Assembly (NCBI GenBank): GCA_964516915.1
Contig: CAZEXS010000003.1
Coordinates: 50,861-114,860, forward strand
Source of the DNA: an uncultured Gammaproteobacteria bacterium
GTDB taxonomy: Bacteria > Pseudomonadota > Gammaproteobacteria > Arenicellales > Arenicellaceae
DNA: 64,000 nucleotides
Direction: 5' to 3'
Shown here: positions 47,199-57,048 of the stretch, piece after piece
Numbering within the stretch: position 1 is the first letter of the stretch
Layout of the letters: each line of letters starts with the position of its first letter
Program-made: the position numbers and the translations under genes
The notes under the pieces: generated by a model
Database searches by the model: none
The model's input: only the letters and a program-made list of their open reading frames with translations
Told to the model about the DNA's origin: nothing

Positions 47199-47295
47199 CG
47201 CATGCAAAGCCGAGACAAAGATCCGGTTAAAGAACAACCCGCAGAGAGTTAATGTACAAGCACTTTAATTCACTGGCTCAATAGCTTAAACCCTT

Positions 47296-48705
47296 ATGAT
47301 CGAGTCTTTCTTCGCGACCACCAACAATATTCTCTGGGGTGAATGGCAAGTTCTCATTGTCTTGCTGGTCGCCGCTGGAATTTGGTTTACTTTACGTCTC
47401 GGGGCTCTGCAAATTCGCCACTTTACGCATATGTTCGGCTTAATGCGCAGCAGCACTGAATCGGATGCAAACGGCATAAGCTCCTTTCAAGCCCTGTGTA
47501 CAAGTCTTTCTGCTCGTGTTGGCACTGGCAATTTAGCCGGCGTCGCCATCGCTATTTCCTTAGGCGGTGCCGGGGCGGTATTTTGGATGTGGGTTATCGC
47601 CCTTTTGGGGATGGCAACTGGCTATGCTGAAAGCCTGTTAGCCCAGGTCTATAAAGTCAAAAACAGTAATGGAGAGTATCGCGGCGGACCCGCCTACTAT
47701 ATTCAACAAGGCTTGGGAAATCGCTGGCTCGCCGTTGTGTTTTCGGTGTGTATTTTTATGGGCTACGGTTTGTTCTTTAGCGCACTCCAAGCGAACACCA
47801 TCGCTGACGCTCTCAATCACAGCTATGGGTTACCCACCCAAGCAGTCGGAGCAATTGTGACCGTGGTTGCTGGATTAATCGTTATCGGTGGCTTGCGATC
47901 AATCGCGCGATTTGCGGAAATGGTCGTGCCGTTCATGGGGGCGGCCTATGTTTTGGTCGCCATTGGCATCACGCTGGCAAATATCGAGCTGGTGCCATCC
48001 ATGCTTTCAAATATATTTTTGTCAGCATTTGGCTTGCAAGAAGCAGGCTCCGGAGCGATTGGTGCTGCCATTAAAAACGGTATCCAGCGCGGGCTTTTTT
48101 CCAATGAGGCTGGCTCTGGCAGCGCGCCACACGCAGCGGCAGGGGCAACACCTAACCCCAACCACCCAGCAACGCAAGGCTATGTTCAGATGCTCGGCGT
48201 GTTCTTTGACACCATCGTTCTGTGCACCTGCACTGCGATGATTATTCTACTATCCGGCTTCGATAATTCCAGTGGTGAACTCGGCGGTATTCGCATTACC
48301 CAGGATGCCATGCAAGCCCATATTGGCATCTACGGCGGGCATTTTGTAGCGGCCGCCATCACGCTTTTTGCGTTTACTTCAGTAGTGGCGAATTTTGCCT
48401 ATGCACAAAGCAACTTACGTATCTTTAAACTGGATACGCCTAACGGGAATCGCGCTTATATCATTGCCTATTTAGCAATGGTGTTTTGGGGTGCCAGTGC
48501 CACCTTAAAACAGGTGCTCGCCGCCGCCGATACTGCGCTTGGTTTGATGACGGTGGTTAACATTACGGCATTATTCCTTTTGACCCCCACCATCGTCGCG
48601 GTGAGCAAGCACTATAGAAACAGTAGAGAATCGGGTAAAAAAATTAGTTTCAAGCATCGAGAATGTGTTGTGCAAGGCAAACTAGAGGGCGACGCTTGGG
48701 ATTAG
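47296..48705 (+). CDS. Alanine/glycine:cation symporter (AGCS family)
   Basis: About 11 TM segments with AGCS motifs (FQALCTSLSARVGTGNLAGVA, GLFSNEAGSGSAP). Confidence 0.9.
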   Translation: MIESFFATTNNILWGEWQVLIVLLVAAGIWFTLRLGALQIRHFTHMFGLMRSSTESDANGISSFQALCTSLSARVGTGNLAGVAIAISLGGAGAVFWMWVIALLGMATGYAESLLAQVYKVKNSNGEYRGGPAYYIQQGLGNRWLAVVFSVCIFMGYGLFFSALQANTIADALNHSYGLPTQAVGAIVTVVAGLIVIGGLRSIARFAEMVVPFMGAAYVLVAIGITLANIELVPSMLSNIFLSAFGLQEAGSGAIGAAIKNGIQRGLFSNEAGSGSAPHAAAGATPNPNHPATQGYVQMLGVFFDTIVLCTCTAMIILLSGFDNSSGELGGIRITQDAMQAHIGIYGGHFVAAAITLFAFTSVVANFAYAQSNLRIFKLDTPNGNRAYIIAYLAMVFWGASATLKQVLAAADTALGLMTVVNITALFLLTPTIVAVSKHYRNSRESGKKISFKHRECVVQGKLEGDAWD

Positions 48706-48809
48706 TAAGCAGGTCATGTTAGGGTTAGTTGATGGAATGTCTTATTATAGTGCTCGTATCAAAATTAAGACTTCGACAATTCACCCGCTCAGCTCAACGG
48801 TTGTCACAT

Positions 48810-49706
48810 ATGCTTCTTAGTAAAATTTTTCGTCTGCCCCGAACACTAGCCCTATTCTCAGCGCTATTTTTCGCACCAAGTATTTTCTTGTTCGCTGCAG
48901 CGTTCGATGTACAAGGTCACCGAGGCGCTAGATCGGTACTACCAGAAAACAGCTTGCCGGCTTTCGAATACGCCCTCAGAGTTGGTGTTAGTACTTTAGA
49001 ACTCGATACGGGGATAACCAAAGACGGCGTGGTTGTGGTAACCCACGATCAGCAGATCAACCCCACGATTTGCCAATATAAAAATGGCGCTAAAGCTAAA
49101 TCTGGCTTACTTATACATCAACTCACACTGAGCGAAGTTAAGGAGTTTGATTGTGGCAGCCGTGCAAACCCTCGATTCAAACGACAAACCCTGATTCCGG
49201 GTACCGAAATACCAACATTGCGAGAAGTGTTCGACATGGTGGCTGAGTCTTCGTTACCTGAGGCTAAGCGCATACATTTTAATATCGAAACCAAAAGTAA
49301 CCCGCGCAAGACGGGCGCCCAACCCAGCCCAGAAGAGTTTGCACGCTTAATAATAAAGCTGGTCGATGAATACAAGCTTGAAGAACGAGTAATACTGCAA
49401 TCGTTTGACCACCGCACTTTAGTCGCGGCGCACCAACAGCGACCTGATCTAAAATTAGCGGCTTTATTCCACAACAATTTGACAGACTGGGTCACGCCAA
49501 CACTTGCCGCTAAAGCCAGCATTGTTTCGCCAAAACACACCAATCTAAACGCCAGTGAGGTAGCCGCCATTCACGCGGCCAATTTACAAGTGATTCCATG
49601 GACGGCAAACACTGAAAAAAGCTGGAAAAAATTGATTGAAATGAACGTAGACGGAATCATCACTGATGATCCTGAACCTTTAGTCAAGATGTTAGAGAAA
49701 CGCTAA
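48810..49706 (+). CDS. Glycerophosphodiester phosphodiesterase (secreted)
   Basis: GDPD motifs VQGHRGARSVLPENSLPAFEYA and ELDTGITKDGVVVVTHD. The start is refined to the ATG at 48810, which gives a signal peptide. Confidence 0.85.
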   Translation: MLLSKIFRLPRTLALFSALFFAPSIFLFAAAFDVQGHRGARSVLPENSLPAFEYALRVGVSTLELDTGITKDGVVVVTHDQQINPTICQYKNGAKAKSGLLIHQLTLSEVKEFDCGSRANPRFKRQTLIPGTEIPTLREVFDMVAESSLPEAKRIHFNIETKSNPRKTGAQPSPEEFARLIIKLVDEYKLEERVILQSFDHRTLVAAHQQRPDLKLAALFHNNLTDWVTPTLAAKASIVSPKHTNLNASEVAAIHAANLQVIPWTANTEKSWKKLIEMNVDGIITDDPEPLVKMLEKR

Positions 49707-49860
49707 GCGCCGTCATTAAGTTGACTCAAGCAGGGTCGCTGAAACGAATGGGATAAAAAACAAATGAAAAGTAAGGAGGAATTACCTGGAGCAGCAAGTC
49801 TCAAGTGCCAGGTCTCGACTGCCTATTCTCAACTACAAGCTCTCGACTACCAGCTTTGAA

Positions 49861-50610
49861 TTACCAGCTTAGATCGGTACCGAGCAAAAAGCCTGACGTT
49901 GAACCTAGTTCCTCTAGATTTGGATCATCGAGATCCAAATTAAATACGCGATAACCCGCTTTCAAAGACACAGAAGGAATTGGTTTATACAGCAAACCTG
50001 CTTCAAATTCGAAGGCCGTTAAAGAACTGTCGGCCTTTGTCTGATCTTCCAATTCAGGGAAGTATGATGTTGAACCATACAACTGAAAGTCTTTCAATAG
50101 ATTGTAACGGCCGGCCAAAGAAACCTTAGGGCCGCTCGCGTCAAGTTGCGAATCAATATTCAGCTCTTGCCAGCCTAAACCAAGTTCAATATTTGATTTA
50201 TCCTGACTGCCAAAACGTCGCTTAACATCAAGATTAAAAAAACTGGAATCTTTAGGCAGACCCAAAATATTGGTTTGTTCACTTTGCTTTAACTCGGCGC
50301 TTACGCCCCAGTTATCAGCCCAAATTTCACTTTTCCCTAGAAAGGAATCACTTTCGCCTTCTCCGTACACCAATACATTGAAGTCGCTTGTGATCTTACT
50401 TACATTTGGAAATAGCGATAATTTGCCTTCTGCGAGAACCGATTCAACCAAATCCATTGGCTCATCTTCAGCTGCGTGAAGAGAAGAGATACCCGCACCA
50501 GAAAAAATCAACGCGCCAGCAACAAGAGTCGCAGCACAACCTAACCAACGCTTTGAAAAAGCGACCTGGCTAGTACTTGATTCCTTTTTGGTTGACGATA
50601 AGATAGTCAT
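49861..50610 (-). CDS. Outer-membrane beta-barrel protein (hypothetical)
   Basis: Signal peptide ending SLHAAE, alternating amphipathic beta-strand pattern, and a C-terminal aromatic residue (LGTDLSW). The start is refined to the ATG at 50610. Confidence 0.6.
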   Translation of the reverse strand: MTILSSTKKESSTSQVAFSKRWLGCAATLVAGALIFSGAGISSLHAAEDEPMDLVESVLAEGKLSLFPNVSKITSDFNVLVYGEGESDSFLGKSEIWADNWGVSAELKQSEQTNILGLPKDSSFFNLDVKRRFGSQDKSNIELGLGWQELNIDSQLDASGPKVSLAGRYNLLKDFQLYGSTSYFPELEDQTKADSSLTAFEFEAGLLYKPIPSVSLKAGYRVFNLDLDDPNLEELGSTSGFLLGTDLSW

Positions 50611-50748
50611 ATTCTCTCGCTTGAAAAACACTCTCAAGCCACACTCTCAGTCTTCTAATTTATTTTTCTTCTAGATAAACCAACTAAAATTAACACCACG
50701 ATTAGTATTAGATGCGAACGCGCCTACATTCTCAACCTACATTCCCAC

Positions 50749-50784
50749 TTTGTAGTCACTAATTCTAACGTTGTAGACACTAAT
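50749..50784. repeat. Two 15-bp direct repeats (ttgtagtcactaatt / ttgtagacactaatt), 21 bp start to start
   Basis: Copies at 50749-50763 and 50770-50784 (14/15 identical). Nearby, cctacattc occurs twice (50722-50730 and 50735-50743). Confidence 0.7.
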
Positions 50785-50922
50785 TTAGAAATAAGTGCTA
50801 ATACGTTGATTTATCATAATATATTAGATTATATACCCAAAATTGGCTCGTTTTGTTAAATTTTTGTGTCAACGGGCAAAATTTAATGTTTTCGGGCAGT
50901 TCAACACTACAATAAATAGGCT

Positions 50923-51339
50923 ATGAAGAGTCAATCGCATTCAATATCAAGTGACGCAAGCACTGACAAGGTCCGCATCGATAAATGGTTGTGGGCCGCG
51001 CGTTTTTTTAAAACCCGCCAGCTGGCCGCGAAAGCCGTCAAAACTGGCAAAATATCCGTCAATCAAAATAACTGCAAGCCAGCTACCACCGTAAAAATTG
51101 GCGACACGCTTAGAATTAGGCGCGGCCTACATGATATGGAAGTAGAGATAGTCGAACTGAGCGAAAAACGGGGGCCAGCACCCGTCGCACAGGCACTCTA
51201 CAGAGAAACACAACACAGCATTAGTGAGCGCAAGCGCATGGCCGAGCAAGCCGCCGCACAGCCTCGCATCAACTTTGACGCAAAAAAACCCGGCAAGCGC
51301 GACGTAAGATCACATCGCGCCCTAAAACGTGGCGATTAA
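50923..51339 (+). CDS. hslR: Ribosome-associated heat shock protein Hsp15 (S4 RNA-binding domain)
   Basis: VRIDKWLWAARFFKTRQLA S4-domain start and a basic C-terminal tail. Confidence 0.88.
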   Translation: MKSQSHSISSDASTDKVRIDKWLWAARFFKTRQLAAKAVKTGKISVNQNNCKPATTVKIGDTLRIRRGLHDMEVEIVELSEKRGPAPVAQALYRETQHSISERKRMAEQAAAQPRINFDAKKPGKRDVRSHRALKRGD

Positions 51340-51385
51340 CGAACAATCATTCCTCAACGGCACTGACAAGTGGTGCTGGCACCAG

Positions 51386-52003
51386 CTATCGTTCTGTCAT
51401 TTTGGCCATTGCATCATCAATTTCGCTTCGTAATTGCTCATAGCTTTTGGCCACAGGGAATTGCGGAAATTCGTCAATGACGTTTTGTGGCGGGCAAAAC
51501 AAGATACCTTGCTCAGCTTCAGACAACATAGTCGTGTCGTTATACGAATCACCCGCAGCCACAACATTAAAATTAAGCTCATGCAGCCGCTTGACTGTTT
51601 CGCGCTTATGGTCGGCTTTACGGAGTTTATAGTTGTTTATTTTTCCGTCTTCGCCAACCACCAATTCATGACAAAATATCGTCGGCCAATCGAGCTGACG
51701 CATCATTGGCTCAGCAAACTCCTGGAATGTATCTGACAGGATGATCAATTGATAATCTTCACGCAACTTATCACTGAACTCTTTCGCGCCATCGAGTGGG
51801 CTAAGCGTGGCGATAACTTCCTGAATATCTTGAATGCGAAAATCATGTTTTGCACACAAATCCAAGCGAAACTTCATCAATTCATCATAGTCCGGAATAT
51901 CACGAGTAGTTGCAAGCAACTCCTTAACCCCAACTTTTTCAGCAAAATTAATCCAAATTTCGGGTATCAACACCCCTTCTAGGTCTAAACAAACAATATT
52001 CAT
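51386..52003 (-). CDS. thrH: Bifunctional phosphoserine phosphatase / homoserine phosphotransferase ThrH
   Basis: HAD motif I (CLDLEGVL). The N-terminus IVCLDLEGVLIPEIWINFAEKVGV...TTRDIPDYDELM closely resembles P. aeruginosa ThrH. Confidence 0.85.
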   Translation of the reverse strand: MNIVCLDLEGVLIPEIWINFAEKVGVKELLATTRDIPDYDELMKFRLDLCAKHDFRIQDIQEVIATLSPLDGAKEFSDKLREDYQLIILSDTFQEFAEPMMRQLDWPTIFCHELVVGEDGKINNYKLRKADHKRETVKRLHELNFNVVAAGDSYNDTTMLSEAEQGILFCPPQNVIDEFPQFPVAKSYEQLRSEIDDAMAKMTER

Positions 52004-52101
52004 TACATAATCACAGAAGATAAAATTTTAGGGCTAGACCATAATCCGAAGACCGTTTGTATTCAATAGCCAAGAACACTTGGAAGCACTACAATTCGCG
52101 C

Positions 52102-53268
52102 ATGAACGCGTCATTCAGCCAAATACCGCTAAGTTTGTACATTCACGTGCCGTGGTGCGAGAAAAAATGCCCCTATTGCGACTTCAATTCACATCAAGTT
52201 AAGTCTGAGATTAACGAAAGCGCGTACATCGATGCAATGCTCGTCGATATGGATGATGACCTTAAAACTTTCAGCACAGCTCTAACCGAACGAGAAATAC
52301 AAACCGTCTTTATCGGCGGGGGCACGCCGTCATTATTCAGCAGCGATAACTATCGAAAACTGTTCACCGGTTTACGCGAACGGCTAAGATTCAGTGACGA
52401 CGCCGAAATCACGCTCGAAGCAAACCCAGGAAGCAGTGAAGCCGACAAATTTGCAGGCTTTCGCGAAGCTGGCATCAACCGCCTGTCGATAGGAGTTCAA
52501 AGCTTCAATCAAAAGCACTTAAGCAAACTTGGGCGCGTTCACAATGCAAAAGAAGCCATCGCCGCGGCCGCTCACGCTCGACAAGCGGGCTTTACAAACT
52601 TCAATCTTGATCTGATGTTCGGCTTGCCTGAGCAAGACATTGACCAAGCCATTGCCGACCTAAAACAGGCAATTAATCTCGAGCCCAGCCATCTATCCTG
52701 CTATCAGCTGACCATAGAACCCAATACGCTGTTTCATCACAACCCGCCGGTCACTCCCGACGATGAAGCCCTCTGGGACATGCAAGAAGCGTTACAAGAA
52801 CAACTGAGCGCCGCTGGGTATAAACAATACGAAGTCTCTGCGTATGCCAAACAATCACGGCAATGCAAACACAACCTTAACTATTGGAATTTTGGCGACT
52901 ACATTGGCATTGGCGCAGGCGCGCATGGAAAAATCACCTGCGAGTCAGGCATACACCGAACTTGGAAAGTAAAGCATCCCAACAGCTATTTAAAACAGCC
53001 TCGAAAAATGGGGGGAACTAACGAGATAGTTGGCAATAACATTAGCTTTGAATACATGTTAAATGCATTAAGGCTTAATAAAGGCTTTGACTTGCATGAC
53101 TTTGAAAATCGCACAGGACAAAGCCGAGATTCCATTGACGATTTATTAAGCAAACACCAAGACCTAAATCTGATCAGCCTCAACAATTCAATGGTTGTGC
53201 CAACTCAATTTGGGCACAACATGCTCAACAGCATGCTGGAAGACTATTTAGAGAAAGCACAACAGTAG
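52102..53268 (+). CDS. hemW: Radical SAM haem chaperone HemW
   Basis: YIHVPWCEKKCPYCDFNS radical-SAM CxxxCxxC and the HemN-like C-domain. The ORF-track start at 52057 is a TTG; the ATG at 52102 is preferred. Confidence 0.9.
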   Translation: MNASFSQIPLSLYIHVPWCEKKCPYCDFNSHQVKSEINESAYIDAMLVDMDDDLKTFSTALTEREIQTVFIGGGTPSLFSSDNYRKLFTGLRERLRFSDDAEITLEANPGSSEADKFAGFREAGINRLSIGVQSFNQKHLSKLGRVHNAKEAIAAAAHARQAGFTNFNLDLMFGLPEQDIDQAIADLKQAINLEPSHLSCYQLTIEPNTLFHHNPPVTPDDEALWDMQEALQEQLSAAGYKQYEVSAYAKQSRQCKHNLNYWNFGDYIGIGAGAHGKITCESGIHRTWKVKHPNSYLKQPRKMGGTNEIVGNNISFEYMLNALRLNKGFDLHDFENRTGQSRDSIDDLLSKHQDLNLISLNNSMVVPTQFGHNMLNSMLEDYLEKAQQ

Positions 53269-53296
53269 CAATCGCTCAACCTGTAAAAACTCAGGC

Positions 53297-53707
53297 TTAT
53301 TCAGACAAGTCCCCGAACTCCTTTACCGCGCCAAGCAGTTGTCGACACGTCACTTGGCCAATTAGCAAGCCATCGTCTTGAATCACTGGGCGGCGTCTAT
53401 GCTTGTGTTTCATCATATCGCTGGCCACATCGACAATATTGTCGGTTGTCTTAACGCTTATGACTTCTTTGGTCATAAATTCGCCGACCGTACCCACGGG
53501 ATTTTTATTATAGACGGAACTTAAAATTGCTCGCAGACAGTCCAACTCCGACAACACACCGACCAAGTACCCACCATCATCAACAACACAAATGCCCGAC
53601 ACTTTATACAATAGCAATAAGTCGATAGCTTCATACAGCTGGGCATCGGCTTTAACTTTCACAGGGTCGGTCTGCATATAGTCTTTCATTTCTACTGAAC
53701 GCAACAT
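53297..53707 (-). CDS. CBS domain-pair protein
   Basis: Two CBS motifs (VSGICVVDDGGYLVGVLSELD; HRRRPVIQDDGLLIGQVTCRQL). Confidence 0.8.
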   Translation of the reverse strand: MLRSVEMKDYMQTDPVKVKADAQLYEAIDLLLLYKVSGICVVDDGGYLVGVLSELDCLRAILSSVYNKNPVGTVGEFMTKEVISVKTTDNIVDVASDMMKHKHRRRPVIQDDGLLIGQVTCRQLLGAVKEFGDLSE

Positions 53708-54086
53708 ATCTTTCTCCTGAACTCAAATTACCGGCAAACTCGACCTAACGATCAAGCGCTCATCAATTTGGCTTTATACTTTTTCTAGCAATATTATTAA
53801 TGTAATAGGTACAAATAAACATAACACAAATAGTAATCAGATAGTCCACATCGCCACGGTAATTTGCATCGCACATTGACATTCCTTAGGTACTCTACAT
53901 AAGTTACGCTACTTAGACTCCGCCACATTCCTCGGGCTTTGCTTCGATTTAGCGAGCAATTGTCTAGCCAATCAAAGGCGCATCACTATTAACCAGTTAG
54001 AACGAAATAGTCTCAATGGGTATTAAATTGACAACGCTCTCTGTGATAACCTAACGACATTGCATCTCACCTAATTCTTATCGACC

Positions 54087-54497
54087 ATGCTATACGTAAA
54101 ATCACTTCACATTATTGCCGTTATTTGCTGGATGGCCGCCATCTTCTACATGCCGCGCCTGTTCGTATATCACTCAATGGCCGAAGACCAAGTTGGCCGA
54201 GATCGCTTCAAAGTAATGGAACGCAAATTGATGCGCGGCATCATGACACCATCAATGATTGCCACTTGGGTATTCGGCGTATGGCTATTGTCTTATGGTT
54301 TCAGTGGCGGCTGGTTGCACGCTAAAATTGTACTGGTCCTCGCGATGTCGGGCTATCACGGCTGGTGCGCCTCGACAATGAAAAAATTCGAGCGCGACGA
54401 AATACCGCACGGCCATGTTTTTTACCGATGGCTAAATGAATTGCCGGTACTTTTATTGATCCCTATTATATTTTTAGTGGTTTTGAAGCCGTTTTGA
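54087..54497 (+). CDS. hemJ: Protoporphyrinogen oxidase HemJ
   Basis: N-terminus LHIIAVICWMAAIFYMPRLFVYH, four TM segments and about 140 aa, all typical of HemJ. Confidence 0.85.
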   Translation: MLYVKSLHIIAVICWMAAIFYMPRLFVYHSMAEDQVGRDRFKVMERKLMRGIMTPSMIATWVFGVWLLSYGFSGGWLHAKIVLVLAMSGYHGWCASTMKKFERDEIPHGHVFYRWLNELPVLLLIPIIFLVVLKPF

Positions 54498-54577
54498 GGC
54501 TTTCTAAAAACTCATTTATATTTGCCTTCAATGAGCAAATAGACGGCTTGATTGTTAATGGACGGTAAACCGGCAAT

Positions 54578-54976
54578 ATGACTTTAAGCATTACAGACCC
54601 TGCCTTTCTATTCCCAGGCATTTCATTGCTCTTTTTAGCTTATACCAATCGCTATTTAGCCTTGGCCAATATTGTTCGCGCTCTGAACAGCCACGTTCAC
54701 GAACAAGACAGTGCCAATCTCAGCAAACAAATAGAATCCCTGCATTTACGAATTGTTTTAATAAAGTACATGCAAGCGCTAGGGGTACTCGCGTTTATGT
54801 TTTGCGTGCTGTCAATGCTGGCCGTGATGATTGAAAAACAACAAGCCAGCATTGTTTTATTCATTGGCAGCTTAAGCTGTATGTTAATTTCGCTGATCTT
54901 ATCACTGGCTGAAATACTAAAGTCTGGTCAGTCACTGAAACTAGAACTCGACCGTACTCACACACTGGACTCGTAA
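54578..54976 (+). CDS. DUF2721-like membrane protein
   Basis: Three TM segments with NRYLALANIVRAL after TM1, as I recall for DUF2721. The family call is from memory. Confidence 0.5.
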   Translation: MTLSITDPAFLFPGISLLFLAYTNRYLALANIVRALNSHVHEQDSANLSKQIESLHLRIVLIKYMQALGVLAFMFCVLSMLAVMIEKQQASIVLFIGSLSCMLISLILSLAEILKSGQSLKLELDRTHTLDS

Positions 54977-54986
54977 CGAAACCACA

Positions 54987-55832
54987 ATGGAAACTGATAT
55001 CAGCGCTTACACCCAATACTTTGATCTGGCAGCTGGCTACGTAAGCAGCTACGGCCTCAAGCTGTTAATTGCGCTGGTGATCTTTTTGCTGGGCAAGCGC
55101 ATCGCCCGCTCGATTGCTAATCTTGCCGTCAAAGCCATGCGCAAACAAAATGTGGATGTCGAACTGATCGGCTTTTTTGACAGCTTGCTCTATTGGGCAT
55201 TATTCGCGATGGTCATCGTCGCCGCATTGGGGCAGCTCGGCATACAAACCGCCTCGTTTGTCGCGCTGATTGGTGCGGCAGGGTTGGCGATTGGCCTAGC
55301 CTTGCAAGGCTCGCTCTCGAACTTTGCCGCTGGCGTGTTAATCATTATGCTGCGCCCGATTAAAGTGGGCGAATTTGTCGATATCGCCGGCGCATCAGGC
55401 ACCGTCAAAAACATCAGAATATTCACCACTGAATTGCGTACCGGCGACAATAAAGCGGTAATTATTCCCAACGCAAGAGTACTCGAAAGCAACATCACCA
55501 ACTACTCATCGACTGGCACACGACGAGTGGATATGGTGTTTGGCATTGGTTATGACGACGACATAGATAAAGCAAAGTCGGTTATTTTGAAAATTTTAAA
55601 TGATGACGCTCGTGTGCTAGATCAGCCGGCGCCATTGGTCGCTGTAAATCAGCTGGCCGACAGCAGCGTCAATTTTATTGTTCGCCCTTGGGTAGCAACC
55701 GATGATTATTGGGCCGTGCATAACGACACGGTTGAGAGCGTCAAAAAGCAATTCGACAACGCCGATATTGGCATTCCTTACCCACAATCCGTGGTGCATA
55801 CCAAACCCACAGAATCCGCACCAAGCAGCTAA
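54987..55832 (+). CDS. Small-conductance mechanosensitive channel (MscS family)
   Basis: Three TM segments plus the pore helix GAAGLAIGLALQGSLSNFAAG, then a beta-domain (PIKVGEFVDIAGASGTV). Confidence 0.88.
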   Translation: METDISAYTQYFDLAAGYVSSYGLKLLIALVIFLLGKRIARSIANLAVKAMRKQNVDVELIGFFDSLLYWALFAMVIVAALGQLGIQTASFVALIGAAGLAIGLALQGSLSNFAAGVLIIMLRPIKVGEFVDIAGASGTVKNIRIFTTELRTGDNKAVIIPNARVLESNITNYSSTGTRRVDMVFGIGYDDDIDKAKSVILKILNDDARVLDQPAPLVAVNQLADSSVNFIVRPWVATDDYWAVHNDTVESVKKQFDNADIGIPYPQSVVHTKPTESAPSS

Positions 55833-55844
55833 CCAGAAAACACA

Positions 55845-56321
55845 ATGATTCACGTCGTTCTGCATAACCCAAAGATTCCGCCCAATACAGGGAATGTTAT
55901 TCGCCTAGCGGCAAACGTCGGTTTTAAGCTGCATTTGATTGAGCCTTTAGGGTTCGACTTTGAGGAAAAACAACTGCGAAGAGCTGGCCTTGATTATCAC
56001 GACCTCAGCAATGTAACGCGCCACGCTAATTTTCGTGCGTTCGTAAAAAGTGTAAATCCAGAGCGCATATTTGCCATCACAACCAAAGGTCACACTGGCT
56101 ATACGGACGTGCAATTTAAACAACAGGATGTGTTGCTGTTTGGCTCAGAAACTCACGGATTGCCAAACGATGTGATGAACAGCATTGCGGAAAAAAATCG
56201 CTTACGAATCCCAATGAAACCGAATAATCGAAGTCTTAATTTATCAAATTCCGTTTCTATCGTGGTGTATGAAGCTTGGCGTCAGCTGGATTTTTGTGGA
56301 GCCACAATCATCGAAAAATAG
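55845..56321 (+). CDS. trmL: tRNA (cytidine/uridine34-2'-O)-methyltransferase
   Basis: SPOUT-family pattern: MIHVVLHNPKIPPNTGNVIRLAANVGF ... SLNLSNSVSIVVYEAWRQ. Confidence 0.9.
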   Translation: MIHVVLHNPKIPPNTGNVIRLAANVGFKLHLIEPLGFDFEEKQLRRAGLDYHDLSNVTRHANFRAFVKSVNPERIFAITTKGHTGYTDVQFKQQDVLLFGSETHGLPNDVMNSIAEKNRLRIPMKPNNRSLNLSNSVSIVVYEAWRQLDFCGATIIEK

Positions 56322-56443
56322 CTTTGTCTGAGATGGTTTTTTTTGTGGAGAGCGCTTTTTGAGCGATAAGTGGCTTTGCTAAATATGCTTTTAGTGATTA
56401 TCTAATGCAGGTCAATTCGAAGAGAGGATCAAAACTCCTGTTA

Positions 56444-56770
56444 TCAGGAACGAAATAAAGACCTCAAGCCAAGCCCTCTTTTAGATTTAGCGACCACTTC
56501 GTCAGAGATCTGAGCGGCACTCTCTTTGATAACCACGCGCTCTAGCAAAGACCTGAACATCAAATTCAAATCTCGCTCATCTATCTCAATAACGGCTCGG
56601 CCAAGCTCAGGCACTACGTTTTTGTCCCGCAACGAGATGATGCGACCACTGCGTCTACGGACTTCACGACCAATTTTAGCCGCCAGCATGATAGAGTTTG
56701 CGTCGAACTTACCAACCTCTATTGAATCAAGCCAAGCAGCCTGCTCTTCAACATCGTATTCGTTGTTCAT
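56444..56770 (-). CDS. Hypothetical protein
   Basis: A 108-aa ORF with no signal peptide or TM segment. I recognise no family. The coding call rests only on length and intergenic placement. Confidence 0.35.
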   Translation of the reverse strand: MNNEYDVEEQAAWLDSIEVGKFDANSIMLAAKIGREVRRRSGRIISLRDKNVVPELGRAVIEIDERDLNLMFRSLLERVVIKESAAQISDEVVAKSKRGLGLRSLFRS

Positions 56771-57048
56771 AACCTTTTTCCGACCCCAGAAAAGTAAAAT
56801 CGAGCATATTTTAGTCGAATATCCATCAAATTAGTAACAACAATTGTGAATTTTGATCAAGTTTAATAGTCATAAGTTGACACAATTCCACGCTTTCGAA
56901 TACATCACTGATCATCAATTTGTTTCTGCATGACGCATCCTTATATGCTTAGATGCCACCCCTGCTATAGTCTTTATCCGCCCAGCAATGTAAAATCACG
57001 CCCATCAAATCTCCTGAAAAATTGCTCTATTGGGCTCTAAATAACTAA

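Noticed and set aside
49118-49570. 150-aa minus-strand ORF
   Set aside because: It is antisense to the well-supported glycerophosphodiesterase gene.
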